Source of the DNA: a virus
Taxonomy: Duplodnaviria > Caudoviricetes
IMG/VR virus record: IMGVR_UViG_3300031994_000050
Span: 27,324-91,323 of that record
DNA: 64,000 nt
Strand: one strand, 5' to 3'
The notes below the pieces were generated by a model. The model was not told where the DNA came from, ran no database searches, and was given only the letters and a program-made list of their open reading frames with translations. Shown here one piece after another: positions 10,701 to 18,765 of the stretch (its first letter is position 1; every line of letters starts with the position of its first letter). The position numbers were made by a program, and so were the translations under genes.

Positions 10701-11489
10701 TTCAGAACTGCCCGCAATATCCTTATCCCCAAACTTTTTCAGTTCGTTTGCTATTGCGCCAATAGCCCCTACATCAACGTTTTTAGTGTCTTTCAAGGCA
10801 TCTGTGAGATTTGCAATGCCTTGTGTGGCTTGTCCTACAAATCCCCACTTGCGTCCATTCATTGTGTCTGTAAACGCATTTAGAGCCTGTCCAAGACCTT
10901 TGATGTAAGAGAAATCTTTAACATCATTCTTCTTGAAAGACTCTGTTGCCTTACTTAAATTGAGCAAGCCTAGTGCTACATCGTTTATACCTTTTACATT
11001 GTCGTCAAGTCCGTTAAATGTATGAAGTGCTTCGCCAAGCTTTTTAATGTTTCTTATGCCAGTAGTAGCATCTTTTTCTACCTTAGAAAGCTTCTCAAGC
11101 ACATCAACCATTTTGCTGATTCCGCCTGTTACGTCATTTATACCCTTAAGGTTTACACCTATATTGGTAAAAGATTGTAAGGCTTTACCAAGTGAATCAA
11201 GCTGTTTGATGGTTTTATTTGCGTCTTTCGTAAACTCTGCAAGACCGCCTAACGCACCCTTAAGCTTTTCAATATCCTTGACGGTTTTATCAGCGTTCGA
11301 CTTGCCTTTTCCATAATTATTGAGCTGAGCAAGCGCTGATGACATTTTGTCTAAAGAAATTGCGCCTTTTGATGCATTTGCTGAAAACTGCGAGAGTTTG
11401 CTTAGCGCACTTATGGCACTGTCAATACCATTTAGGTCGCCACATTCGGAGTCTACTTTAATGAGTAAATCTTCTAATTCTTGCGCCAT
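1779..11489 (-). CDS. Tape measure protein (3236 aa)
   Basis: Very long helical ORF after the tail chaperones; IDWxxL repeats; C-terminal FQMGGIPNTGELFVARENGKPEFVG motif. Confidence 0.92.
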   Translation of the reverse strand: MAQELEDLLIKVDSECGDLNGIDSAISALSKLSQFSANASKGAISLDKMSSALAQLNNYGKGKSNADKTVKDIEKLKGALGGLAEFTKDANKTIKQLDSLGKALQSFTNIGVNLKGINDVTGGISKMVDVLEKLSKVEKDATTGIRNIKKLGEALHTFNGLDDNVKGINDVALGLLNLSKATESFKKNDVKDFSYIKGLGQALNAFTDTMNGRKWGFVGQATQGIANLTDALKDTKNVDVGAIGAIANELKKFGDKDIAGSSERTVATLQILTRTFQTLGSTSSTVQDTMDKLVSGFQEADRGFYNVRESIEAITTDLDDSLKPIKNSNLFETLEKFKHLNDSYKNVGGLGQGLGSLISALDMLNGRDLQTKGLTQLLDYLKALSSDSSIESALQKFEKIGALAQPVASILNALKYTDFDEKNNVLTILGTQIKAFYDALPTNMDKFSYVFYALRDIINLAKDTSVSLPENNVISQLGKSLESFKGLDGIQNIQNLAEGLKSLSSWLHIMGNDSVNVEPILVIGEALTKLSGMGQGLNNFKIMVNNLKGLMKMNVSNLNGLELVLERLFDTLNVIPDGKIVALKDLGSVTRALDRLQEADPSKLNLIADALAKILNSLGSIQGSNNKISIKLDGSGVATFQKVVTSANRTWDDFANHLKQNIKDIDISSMFDTSAPLRQLERSLAEAERMLQQRLKTITEEYAKMQTTVATKQNYKDSSVFQTQVSKWATASAEANQLRTIIEQLHVAIEKAPRFNNENEGLKYIRNLKEEYERYASIMKRFNNGEGADSSSRMGRGFQAIKDRMVEIEEEIKKAQDDLDAMPETLQDASARAAAFADELERASKASEKIEQETRNSIGKGFTQFGQMLSGGKGDISKSVGKLSTMFGKGVQSGEIAMDAGKLAGLSELAGTLGAVATALGAVAAVAGVVIAIFKTYYKIITELRDSIVKFTQSLMQFAKNMLSSVVGAFNAVAGAVNKAVSIVRSGAEIVVSALRKIGDFGKTIVSIFGKVGNAFAPAIKGMKALLLAVSPSFVKTLASSNFQLSKVIKQTHILKGAIKSITRYFSMLTRMLMRKSITAFLNAMKQAFEDMVLFEKNANDEILQLNYNVSIIFSALRRLANQTIAIFEPLINAMASPVENFLTMLTGVAENISKFMAMLTGQPYYLRAKKFFEDYGQNVEDANKKVKNLTNGLDELNILNNNKDNKQGILPEDMFEKVPIDGTFDGIKVQVQDILDWMKDKLRDIDWDALQEKARNFVKRLFEIVNTVLRDKEFWATLGKTVGEIVNYLFAIINEAVHDLDWKALGQAITTFLKGALETIDWALIRDTVVTLAKGLANMWNEIFADKQLWKDIGSTVAHVINDVIVAYLDTFAWSFNFKNMADSVALAIKTALEGINWSQVRHAVDGWTKGITDAVNQWARDTRLWNDIGDTIKHIINDIFINAFSDFSRIDFSSLTENLKNAITRALDIDWSTFRQGVKGWASNIADVINGVFADEAFLSKVTTSIAKFGNTIFEGLHKVVNDIKAYDIGSAIQGAIQKGLNGINWDEVFKFPADVVNKVSSALRGIFDSLPADFNLGKWLAEHLSITMEHIDWNAIERNVNDFSKNAVDTINGFLNNDRFWNNANVTLDKAIKVVIKFIEPILDIDLNALAKRVKDLVNSAINSGALERTVANAGQVVVDLVVAVDIALKGIKWGDLAKQISTGVADAIDKIFANKNNIRKMIQDAFGSFSTTIEETLKGMINRNSFSKLADIIGETLLGIVTGAADFFGDVADDADKAMKQFSDRFVKFLKANEKTIVKSLNTIIDGIVAIVDSFWDETSDIHRQMMKIVKQLKLGKLKGMLISVSLRMLLLSLEQKDAISQAVLNDLDELAKEIAKVLMDYIPLLLKQVAKIMYTMLTVITFATNPFTGVAMALGALVASLIKKAFADKFDFSKTFDDVEPKGLDNGLTSFFGKIKKKIEDFVKKIKDFFGGKKSKDKYSVPVDVTPEMDDSYAKTWEDLFNKDKKVPITLKDPKLGTITASYINTDEITSKILIVEDIFADRLHVKDVDFNSNGVVEGSKKMGETYAGNGMNASGGTLTQFDIDYDKLRDTIVEALNIFYDAYDWKKFAENFKSNSNYEDAGAQLAKAFNKNVNWRDAGWLIATGFGGAYDWENFGRTMARAFREVLEDIDWAHFGEIIGRAIAKELKDIKIDASTSSTSSIFNPFMFGGESYDERDYGDAKYYEALKESDFASDYKALSNTTHSSTKVEPPIYTSSDTNTYKAKTISGALQDVYIRVDGKDYAITDGLSDDLKWKILSRNLKPIVKNSALDRTAEDKLIEELKKKWGNPQKGVTGNSSISTTTTSTTNTTSSQTTGGFADMFLGNSSISNIRKRLNKLGNMISGFFMSVEKGIRKFRDNLKGIFDGIADEFLNGLSEKADMELSKVLDIVRYYVAWIQVEFDKLNNIKLFKGISDNVNQEMAKVLDLVKAWLDRIKQSLESFKAPNILTGVAVGFQNELDNAYDYLVRWADRAKAKIDEIFAKLNEKLDGVITFEAHATTDSWNNATSRLIDAINALINKLGNIKCECTCCCNCNGCGNKDTPAVAGAKRDSGNSSTGGSSNSSSTGKSSGSTSGSSGGSSGGSSSTGGKTGGSASDGNGIVTADNGKDIFLYTNYGKVGLFALVDGQLVRLTDDLPIGLRRRIADGEFPITDSNGKKIDSGDRRTVLDFLKFRWGSNGGSSSSSTGGTAKTPSTGGTNNTVGGGSSGGSSGGSSGGSTKDHEDKHSGGSSGGSSGGSDSSSGGSSGGSGGSSDSGSSNNTKKEKEEPKKSSWGATIPSGGYEQDGKIYNSDGSVYAVSNDKFKEEEEKRAKERKEKNPHKDDYYEGWADRHSDVSTGKVNYYDSDGNIIHSRQLDGKWGGKYYLGGQEVTEAQYRNKTTGLGATSLFVSQKYSGSGSAVIDSIDSWAKSKPSVLSSALNSSDSYLTTGSNQIRFLDANGNTITDRTQLEAIKAYIKDKYNLTPSENLYSASTTPSSVSDALNKYIEVLNKYNVKLGNIPREAVSALESLQTGYGTEVKFRNKDTGAYQSFNVYGVASGKGGTRYDISKFYNDPAWEFNDFSFTVGGRQTRGTKSDFENWYSNSFLVRGFQMGGIPNTGELFVARENGKPEFVGSFGNKAAVANNEQIVTAVANGVSMANESIKNAIENQTNILADTINNKDVNVQIGDRQIAEANNRGQKGLGNRFVD

Positions 11490-11563
11490 ACCATTCTCCT
11501 TTGTAACAAATTAAGGGATAGTGCTATAAGCACTATTTACTTATAGTCCACTATCCCTTGTTA

Positions 11564-11998
11564 TCAATGTGTTATGGGTTTATTTTTTCTCATAGCATTA
11601 AACTGTTGTACGTATTTCTCGAAATCTCTGCCTTCTTCAACCGCAGTTTTCTTTTGTTTGCCGCCAAATAGTTCAAACGGCTTTTGAGGGTATTTAGTGT
11701 TCTTTGCTAATACCGAAGCGATGGCATGTTGATTATAAAGACCATACAACCAAGCTTCAAGATTAGTTGCGTTTTGTCTCGAATCCATATCCATTTCATA
11801 CGCTTTTTCAAAAGGTTTTAACTTGCGAGGATTCAAATGCCAGAAAACATCGTAAGGAACGTGCATCAATAATGCCGATGGAAGCCAACCCTCATTTACT
11901 GCCTCAGTAAAACTACTATACTTTTTTACTTCTTTGTTGTGGTCTTCCTTGTCTGAGGCTTCTTGTGGTCTTGAGGAGTCGGACGATTCCCAAAACCC
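11564..11998 (-). CDS. Tail assembly chaperone, -1 frameshift extension (gpT-like)
   Basis: The -1 frame is open from the slippery heptamer at 11998-11992 to the stop at 11564 (WESSDSSRPQEA...LMHVPYDVFWHLNP). Confidence 0.8.
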   Translation of the reverse strand, partial: GFWESSDSSRPQEASDKEDHNKEVKKYSSFTEAVNEGWLPSALLMHVPYDVFWHLNPRKLKPFEKAYEMDMDSRQNATNLEAWLYGLYNQHAIASVLAKNTKYPQKPFELFGGKQKKTAVEEGRDFEKYVQQFNAMRKNKPITH

Positions 11999-12291
11999 GC
12001 ATCAGCCATAGCCTCTGTGAATACACCAAAGATATCCTCAAGTGAGCCACCATTGCCAAGATGCTGTGTAAGAAGTCTACCTGCCTCTCTAACAGGAATA
12101 CCTGTCATTACAGCAAGAATACCTCTTGTCATAGTCATAAGCTTTGAACGGTCAAGACCTCCATCCATCATAGCCATTACATCAATTCCCTGTCCTTCAA
12201 GGTCACAAACAAGGTTTGTGAAATCAAGTTCTGCTACAGGAAGAAGCTGTGCGCCATCTGCCGTCTGAATTGTAATTGTTCTTGTAATCAT
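11926..12291 (-). CDS. Tail assembly chaperone (gpG-like)
   Basis: Lies between major tail and tape measure genes; ends shortly after the G GGT TTT slippery site. Confidence 0.8.
   Translation of the reverse strand: MITRTITIQTADGAQLLPVAELDFTNLVCDLEGQGIDVMAMMDGGLDRSKLMTMTRGILAVMTGIPVREAGRLLTQHLGNGGSLEDIFGVFTEAMADAGFGNRPTPQDHKKPQTRKTTTKK
11992..11998 (-). promoter_or_regulatory. Programmed -1 frameshift heptamer GGGTTTT
   Basis: In-frame X XXY YYZ (gcG GGT TTT) with an open -1 frame downstream. Confidence 0.85.
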
Positions 12292-12429
12292 AATTCTTTT
12301 TTCTCCTTTTGTTCGCCTATAAACAAAATCGCCTAGTTTCTAATACTTAGAAGGGGCAAGGCGTTAATCCTCGCCCCTTTCGTTTTTAGTATACCATATT
12401 AGATATCAATGTTAAAGGTTTACCTTTTA

Positions 12430-12876
12430 TCAGCCACTAACTGACTCAACCTTCTTGATAGCCTGTTCACCCTCGTCAGAGATAGTGATTGTCATAGGAA
12501 TTGCCGCATTTGACTCGTAGCCTCCAACATAAACTGAAAGCTTACCCTGCCACTCGAACTTTCCGCCTACACCATCATCTCCAATCCAAACTTGGTATGT
12601 GTCAAGCTCCGAAGCAGAAGTCTTGTCATAGTCAGCTTCCATGATAGCCTGCAAGGTATCATAAATCTCTGAATCGTACCATGCACTGAACTCGTGAGAA
12701 GAAACTGTCTGAATACCATTCATGTTCTTCTGTTTTCTATCAGAAAGCGTTGTAATATCTATCTGCTCGGGCGCTCCGCCTAAGTCGGGTACAGATGTAA
12801 TATCACAAACCTTTGTGAATGTTGCTGTTCCATTAGGTTTTCTGTAAAGATATGAAACATTAGATAATACTGCCAT
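12430..12876 (-). CDS. Major tail (tube) protein
   Basis: SVPDLGGAPEQIDITTLSD motif of siphovirus tail tube proteins; synteny. Confidence 0.85.
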   Translation of the reverse strand: MAVLSNVSYLYRKPNGTATFTKVCDITSVPDLGGAPEQIDITTLSDRKQKNMNGIQTVSSHEFSAWYDSEIYDTLQAIMEADYDKTSASELDTYQVWIGDDGVGGKFEWQGKLSVYVGGYESNAAIPMTITISDEGEQAIKKVESVSG

Positions 12877-12985
12877 CTTTTTTCCTCCATAAATTCCCTA
12901 GCCATAAGGGAGAATTGCCTATATTAAAGGTTGGAAACCGCTAGGCAACGGCTTGTCGGATGCGCTTTCCTATCCAACCAATGTT

Positions 12986-13348
12986 CTATACATCAAGCCT
13001 CTCGTATCTTGCCACGAAACGCTTTACGTTAGTAGGTGTCTCTATTGGTCTAAAGGTTCTACACCTAAATCCCAATGTTCTCATAAAGCTTCTAATTTCA
13101 GAAGCCATATTTCTTGCTTGATTCATGTTTCCATCCGTGTATGTTTCTATCTGAAATGCTAGTTTAACTCCTACTTCATTGTTAGAAAGGTCATCCAATG
13201 CAGTAGGTGCATCAAGCAAATAAAAGTACATATACGGAATTTTTACATCATTTTCATTGTAATTTTGACCTGTCTTAAGGTTTGGGTACAGGCTTTTCAT
13301 ATATATACTTAAATCGTTATATATCTTATTTGTCTTATCTTCTACCAT
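12986..13348 (-). CDS. Tail terminator/completion protein
   Basis: Synteny; PYMYF...FQIETY..MRTLGF pattern. Confidence 0.65.
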   Translation of the reverse strand: MVEDKTNKIYNDLSIYMKSLYPNLKTGQNYNENDVKIPYMYFYLLDAPTALDDLSNNEVGVKLAFQIETYTDGNMNQARNMASEIRSFMRTLGFRCRTFRPIETPTNVKRFVARYERLDV

Positions 13349-13872
13349 TTAAGAACCTCATTCCTAATCTTTCTATGCTCTCCAATCAATCTTTCAACCG
13401 CTCGATACATAAAAGGATTTGCGGGTATTCCGTTTGTTATATGCCATTTTCCGTCCTCGCCTTTGTACTTCCAGTAATCAAGACCTTCTTGATTATGTAC
13501 AATATACGAACCAGTGTTCCAATAAATATTATAAGGCGGAGGTAAGGCATTTAACCATTCGTCATTTATTCCTTCATGGAGATTAAGACCGATAATACCT
13601 GTTCCGAACTCTATAAACTGCACATGACCGTCAAAAACAACAACTCCTTCTGCACGTTCGCCATAATCATTGATATATACACTTTTCATTAATCCTAGCG
13701 CACTACTCGGAGCTTCTTCTAACAAGAGTTCTTTGAAAGTTTCCATCATAGCTTCTGTATACTTCATAGGAAACTCTTTTAAAATCTTTTTATAAGTTTC
13801 AAGTTTCTTTATTGCTTCTTGTATACTAGATACTCTTAATGGATTAACTTTGATTACCTTGTCCATAACCAT
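13342..13872 (-). CDS. Neck protein (HK97 gp10-like)
   Basis: FIEFGTG and G.PANPFMYRA motifs. Confidence 0.7.
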   Translation of the reverse strand: MVMDKVIKVNPLRVSSIQEAIKKLETYKKILKEFPMKYTEAMMETFKELLLEEAPSSALGLMKSVYINDYGERAEGVVVFDGHVQFIEFGTGIIGLNLHEGINDEWLNALPPPYNIYWNTGSYIVHNQEGLDYWKYKGEDGKWHITNGIPANPFMYRAVERLIGEHRKIRNEVLKW

Positions 13873-14239
13873 CTATCCTTTGGATAGCCCATACTCTTTG
13901 ATATAAGCCTTTTGCAACTTTCTTGACTATATAATCTGGTTTTGTATCTGTTGAACCATCCTCTTTAAAGACAGGCGCTACATCTATAAAAAGCTTTGAA
14001 TACTCATTAATCGGCAAATCCTGCACTGTTGAAATCATCTTGTCATACACAAGGTCTCTTCCAAAAGGCGTGTCGTATATTTCTGAGGTATTCGCGCTTA
14101 TCATCGCTTTTGCCTTGATAGGATTTGAATAGCTAGGTACAGTATCTCCCGTCAAATACCCGTCATCATCAACTTCATCTACTTCACCGATATATGTTTG
14201 ATAATAAAATTCTCTTTGATTACCGCTATAGTCAAACAT
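13844..14239 (-). CDS. Head closure/stopper protein
   Basis: Synteny; DDDGYLTG..YSNP and PDYIVKKVA patterns. Confidence 0.6.
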   Translation of the reverse strand: MFDYSGNQREFYYQTYIGEVDEVDDDGYLTGDTVPSYSNPIKAKAMISANTSEIYDTPFGRDLVYDKMISTVQDLPINEYSKLFIDVAPVFKEDGSTDTKPDYIVKKVAKGLYQRVWAIQRIDGYGQGNQS

Positions 14240-14251
14240 TCAATCACCTTC

Positions 14252-14581
14252 TTACCAAACATACGTTTTTACTGGTATCTGACTTAAACTGCTACCTATG
14301 CTTTCATCGCCACCAGACTGCCAAACTCTCCTAACGCCAAGCTCTGAAAATTCTTTCAAGCCATCGCGTTTAGCTACGTCTAAAGTTGTTTTAGCAAGGT
14401 CATAAATTTCATACTCATATCTGTTTATGAAATTCTCACGTTCCTCTGCGGTAGGTATATCACCCTCACCCCAAAAGTAATGATTTAATGCCATGCTTGT
14501 TGCTCTATCAAGTAGCACTTCAAGCTGTGCGTCCGTAAAAGAAGTTTCTCCGATTATAGCTTTAAAAGTTTCTATACTCAT
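14252..14581 (-). CDS. Head-tail adaptor
   Basis: Follows the capsid gene; GLKEFSELGVRRVW resembles the G...SE.G.SR motif of SPP1 gp15-like adaptors. Confidence 0.7.
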   Translation of the reverse strand: MSIETFKAIIGETSFTDAQLEVLLDRATSMALNHYFWGEGDIPTAEERENFINRYEYEIYDLAKTTLDVAKRDGLKEFSELGVRRVWQSGGDESIGSSLSQIPVKTYVW

Positions 14582-14636
14582 ATCAACCTCTTTTTATCGG
14601 CTAGGACATTTCATCCTAGCCGACTTATTTTTAATA

Positions 14637-15602
14637 TCAGCCCGATACTACTGAATCCTCGGGGAAGTCCTCAGAAAGACCAGTAATCTTAGCTGAGAGC
14701 CATTCTGCACCGTGGTCAAGACCAATCATACCGTAAATCTGGTAGTTGTCACCTGCACCAGTCTTTGCAAGAGGCTCAAGGAAGAAGTTACCCTTGTTAG
14801 GAGTAATCTGCTCCATAGGACGCATGATTGAAGGATTGAACACAAGTGCTGTTCCTACAGGGATTGTAGGCATAAGCTGTACTGCTACTGCTCCGAAAGG
14901 TGTAAGCACTGTCTGAATCTGCAAGCCATTGATGTTACGCTCTCTAGGAACTGCTGACATGCCGTTCTTGTTAGCGTCATAATCAAGCTGTGCAAGGTGT
15001 ACTGCTGACATACCAACAACGATATTAGAAATATCGCCACCTGCATTAGCGATTGCCATAAGTGCCTTTGAGATAAGATTACGTGTGAGATAATCACCAC
15101 CTGCGTTAATCTCGTTGGTAGTAATTGCTGTAAGAATACCTCTTGACTTGTTTACCTCGTTGTCAGTTGTAGCCTTATTGAATACACCGTTGATAAATGT
15201 ATACTCAATATCCTGCGCAATCTTAGCCATTGCTCTCTCAATCTGGAATGTAAGTTCACTCTGAGGGTTAGGCTGTTGTCCTGCAACGTTAACGCCGCTC
15301 ATTGTTCCCATGTTAGCCTCTTTTGCGTAAGATACGCTTACAGACTCTTGGAAAATCTGAGTAACGTTTGTCAACTGGCTTCTTGTTGAAACAAGAGCTT
15401 CGGGCGCTGTAAGTGAAGCGCTCTCTGAGATATTAGGCTGTGAACCCTGTACCGCATTGTAATACTGTCCTGTTACAAATTCCACATGATTAGTAGTTCC
15501 TCTATTAGCTCCGATAATTGTTGAAAAAGGAGTTGTCTCAACGCCCTTTCTGAACAACATTCCGCTAAAATTGGGAGTACCAAAACTCATAGCTGTTGCC
15601 AT
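14637..15602 (-). CDS. Major capsid protein (DUF5309/SU10-like)
   Basis: 321 aa after the scaffold; ETTPFSTII, NVTQIFQESVSVS, EPLAKTG...QIYGMIGL motifs. Confidence 0.85.
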   Translation of the reverse strand: MATAMSFGTPNFSGMLFRKGVETTPFSTIIGANRGTTNHVEFVTGQYYNAVQGSQPNISESASLTAPEALVSTRSQLTNVTQIFQESVSVSYAKEANMGTMSGVNVAGQQPNPQSELTFQIERAMAKIAQDIEYTFINGVFNKATTDNEVNKSRGILTAITTNEINAGGDYLTRNLISKALMAIANAGGDISNIVVGMSAVHLAQLDYDANKNGMSAVPRERNINGLQIQTVLTPFGAVAVQLMPTIPVGTALVFNPSIMRPMEQITPNKGNFFLEPLAKTGAGDNYQIYGMIGLDHGAEWLSAKITGLSEDFPEDSVVSG

Positions 15603-15621
15603 TTCTTTTCCTCCTTAATGG

Positions 15622-16257
15622 TTATTGTGCGTTCTGTTGCGCCCCCATAAGCTGAGCTGTAATAGCTCCTTGAAGGTCGCCAGACGCAAGCTTTTCTTGA
15701 TAAATTTTGTTATAATCAATCTGCCCGTTACCATTTCCAGAAGCGGGTTCTGGCATGTGTGCGTACAACTCTGCTGTAGTCTCTTCCTTGACTCTCTTTC
15801 TTTCGGATTCCAAAAATCCCTTGAGAAGAGTATTTACAGCCTCCTCTTCGCCTTCCATTTTCATCTGTGCAACCTTTGTTGCATAGTCTTTATCCATTCC
15901 AAGCGCAAGGTAGCTGTCAACAGAATCCCTAAAAGCATTTTTCTTCTTCTCTTTTTCAAGCTCATCTCTCATAAGAGCAATCTCTTCGGTTTGCTGTGTT
16001 GTTAGCGAACTCTCAGATGCAATCTTTTCGCTTAATTGTTTCTTTAAGCTACTAATCTGGCTTGAATAGTCGTCTATTATCTTCTTTTGCTTGCGAAGTT
16101 CAATCTGCATAGAAGCATTTGCCTTCAAAAGCTCAGAATCTTTAGGTTGTTCTACGTTCTGCCCTTCTTGTGTAGCAGTTGAATTAACATCCTGCTGTTC
16201 AAGGTTCTGCTCGTTCTGGTTAACAGTAGCGTTCTGATTGTTATTACTAAGTTCCAT
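15622..16257 (-). CDS. Capsid scaffolding protein (DUF4355-like)
   Basis: Gln/Asn-rich N-terminus, coiled coil, immediately upstream of the capsid gene. Confidence 0.75.
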   Translation of the reverse strand: MELSNNNQNATVNQNEQNLEQQDVNSTATQEGQNVEQPKDSELLKANASMQIELRKQKKIIDDYSSQISSLKKQLSEKIASESSLTTQQTEEIALMRDELEKEKKKNAFRDSVDSYLALGMDKDYATKVAQMKMEGEEEAVNTLLKGFLESERKRVKEETTAELYAHMPEPASGNGNGQIDYNKIYQEKLASGDLQGAITAQLMGAQQNAQ

Positions 16258-16364
16258 GTTTAATTCTCCTTTGCGTTTAAATTTATTACACGCTTTTCTC
16301 TAAGCGAGTGCGTTTACAGTTCTCTCTGATTTATTTATATGTAAAAGGCTTATAGCCTCGAACA

Positions 16365-17057
16365 TCATTTATATTCTGTAGAACATCTACAGTTATCAAG
16401 CTCACTTTCGCTTGCTCCGAGTGAATCATCTCCCGCAAACATCATTTGTGAAGTACCGACATTAAAAGGTTCATCTATATCTACCGTAACGCCTTCCATA
16501 ATTTCATGGGTAGGTCTTACTCTTTCATCTAATGATGTATGCCATATCTTTTTCTTGTTTTTCGCTTTTGCCTCGAAATATTCTTCATTGTTATATTTCC
16601 AATTGGCTTCATTTAATGCGATTAAATTTGCTCTCGATTGACCGAGCCATGTTTCTATTTTATCTGAATTTGCGATTATAGCACTTACCGCAACTCCTTT
16701 TATTACTGAATCTACAAAATCATCAACATCCTTACGTTTGTTTTTTGTAGGAATAGCTGTTATATTGTTCCAAGTTACTTCTTGTATCTTTGAAGCTTTC
16801 CTAAAAGCTCTGTCTATAACCACCTTTGAATATGCGTCATTGGCGGTTATAGACGTTTTTGTTATCTCAAGATACTTGTCAACTATTTTATCTATATAAG
16901 CCTCTTGATTGCTCTTAAAACTACCGTTTAAGATATCTGCAAATTCCTCATCAAACAAGTCCATAAACCAGTTTTCAAGTTCTTCTGCAAGAAGTATTCT
17001 TCTTGCTTTTTGAGGATTGGTTATAAGCATTGTTGCAAAGTATAATTGAGGACTCAT
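16365..17057 (-). CDS. Minor head protein (MuF/SPP1 gp7)
   Basis: KKIWHTSLDERVRPTH...NCRC motif. Confidence 0.85.
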   Translation of the reverse strand: MSPQLYFATMLITNPQKARRILLAEELENWFMDLFDEEFADILNGSFKSNQEAYIDKIVDKYLEITKTSITANDAYSKVVIDRAFRKASKIQEVTWNNITAIPTKNKRKDVDDFVDSVIKGVAVSAIIANSDKIETWLGQSRANLIALNEANWKYNNEEYFEAKAKNKKKIWHTSLDERVRPTHEIMEGVTVDIDEPFNVGTSQMMFAGDDSLGASESELDNCRCSTEYK

Positions 17058-17080
17058 ATCATTTACTTGCTCCGTATACC

Positions 17081-18631
17081 CTATGTGTTTTCTACCTGTG
17101 CTACAGATGAAGGCTGAATCGACTCAGAAACCTGTGATTTCTTTTCGTTATTTTCTCCACCCGCGCCATCTTCGCTCTTACTTGTAGCGTCAACACCTTC
17201 GTTTGCAATCTTTTTCTGAGATTGTTCTATCACTTCTCTTGAATCGAGCCATGCCTGTTCTGAATCTGAGAACAAACCTACTGTCTGGAATGCCCAAAGA
17301 CCATCTACTCCCGAATTGAGAAGCGTTGCCAGTGCGTTTGCCTTTGATATAAGGTCATAGTTCTTATTTCTTGGCATTGATATTTCTATATCAGATACAT
17401 CTATTTTTGAGATGTTATTGAAATGTCTCTTATCAAGTTCGATGCTTTTAGCAACAAGTCTCAAGATTTCATTCTCTGGCTCTGTGAAATTCTGTTCCAC
17501 TGCCTTTGCTGAAAGCTCTAGGCTCTGCCATCCATTTGAAAGTTGCATTGCTCCTGTGGTAGAACCACCGCTTGCTTCTTGCCAAGAAGGTGTTGCAGTT
17601 ATTTCTTCAACTTGCCTGCTTAAGAAATCTGCAAACGATTGAATCTGTCCTTGGTCTAATACTTGAGAAAGATATGCTATTTTAGCTTCTTTTCCATCAC
17701 CATTCGACTTTGTGACAATCACTCCGTCTCCATCAATCAGCTTTTTCTTTTTTTCTTCATCAATCATGCAGTTGTGAAGCCAAAGCAATGACTGAACATG
17801 CTGTGCAACATCGTTTATTCTATCTGAATTAAGAGTATTTATTCCATCAAGAATAGGTATTGCTTTTTCAAAAACACCCATTCTATCAGTGTTTTCAAAC
17901 TCTACGATAGGAATTATGCCGTACACATTGACTGTTTCATCAACAATCGTGTTTGCATTACCTACCACATAGTTCTTAATTGTGAAGCACTTATTAGGAG
18001 TGTATAACGTTGCAGTCATACTTCCATCTGCGTGTGTATTATAAGTTCCTCTTAATAGAGTTTCTCTAAACGCATCGTTTCTTACTACACTAAATGTCGT
18101 GAGAGGGTTAAGCGTGGTGATTTTAAATGGAGAATATTGATAGGATTTATCGTTTCTCCAAACCATTTGATAGCCAACACCGCATGTCATAAAATCTCTT
18201 GCAAGTTGCAGGTCTTTTTTCGCCTTGCTCTGCTCAGCCATCATTTTATTTATCATGGCTATGTTATCGCTATCCTCATTATATGAGGTCTGAGGTTTTC
18301 TCGAATCATCCTCGACTTTTCCTCTTTGAGCATAAGTAATAGGATTTCCAAAACAATAACCTACATGAGTGTCAACAATCCTTGATGCTATATTAATTAC
18401 CAACTTTTCGTTTATATCTGGACGAATATCTTTTTTTCTTTCTATAATAGGCTGTTTACCTCTTGTATAGCTAAAAAGAAATTCCTCTCGTATAGCATTT
18501 TTTTGATGTTCTGAATAGGCAGTTTCAAAGATTTCTAGTACATTATCTTTGGTGACTTCTTCAACATCTGTATATATAATTATTCTTCCATACGTGGAAT
18601 CAGCGTTTACAATAACAGGCGTTGGATTCAT
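17081..18631 (-). CDS. Portal protein (SPP1 gp6-like)
   Basis: INEKLVINIASRIVD..VGY.FGNPITY, IPIVEFEN and SDRIND motifs. Confidence 0.9.
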   Translation of the reverse strand: MNPTPVIVNADSTYGRIIIYTDVEEVTKDNVLEIFETAYSEHQKNAIREEFLFSYTRGKQPIIERKKDIRPDINEKLVINIASRIVDTHVGYCFGNPITYAQRGKVEDDSRKPQTSYNEDSDNIAMINKMMAEQSKAKKDLQLARDFMTCGVGYQMVWRNDKSYQYSPFKITTLNPLTTFSVVRNDAFRETLLRGTYNTHADGSMTATLYTPNKCFTIKNYVVGNANTIVDETVNVYGIIPIVEFENTDRMGVFEKAIPILDGINTLNSDRINDVAQHVQSLLWLHNCMIDEEKKKKLIDGDGVIVTKSNGDGKEAKIAYLSQVLDQGQIQSFADFLSRQVEEITATPSWQEASGGSTTGAMQLSNGWQSLELSAKAVEQNFTEPENEILRLVAKSIELDKRHFNNISKIDVSDIEISMPRNKNYDLISKANALATLLNSGVDGLWAFQTVGLFSDSEQAWLDSREVIEQSQKKIANEGVDATSKSEDGAGGENNEKKSQVSESIQPSSVAQVENT

Positions 18632-18643
18632 GCCTATCCTCCT

Positions 18644-18717
18644 AAAAAAAATAGAACCGAATTGGTTTCAATTCGGCTCTATTGGCTCTCACTATAGTGA
18701 TTATAGCAAGGTTTACC
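18644..18717 (-). promoter_or_regulatory. Putative late promoter plus AGAGCC attenuator upstream of portal
   Basis: GGTAAAC-N5-TATAAT, then AGAGCC-AAT-AGAGCC overlapping a hairpin followed by a T run. Confidence 0.65.
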
Positions 18718-18765
18718 AATCTCTACAATACCTTTGTTTATTTTATGTAGCTTTTTTTAATATGT

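Noticed and set aside
2828-11316. Alternative-frame and + strand ORFs inside the tape measure gene (for example the Pro-rich 3067-3468)
   Set aside because: They are antisense or off-frame read-outs of Gly/Ser repeats and biased codons.
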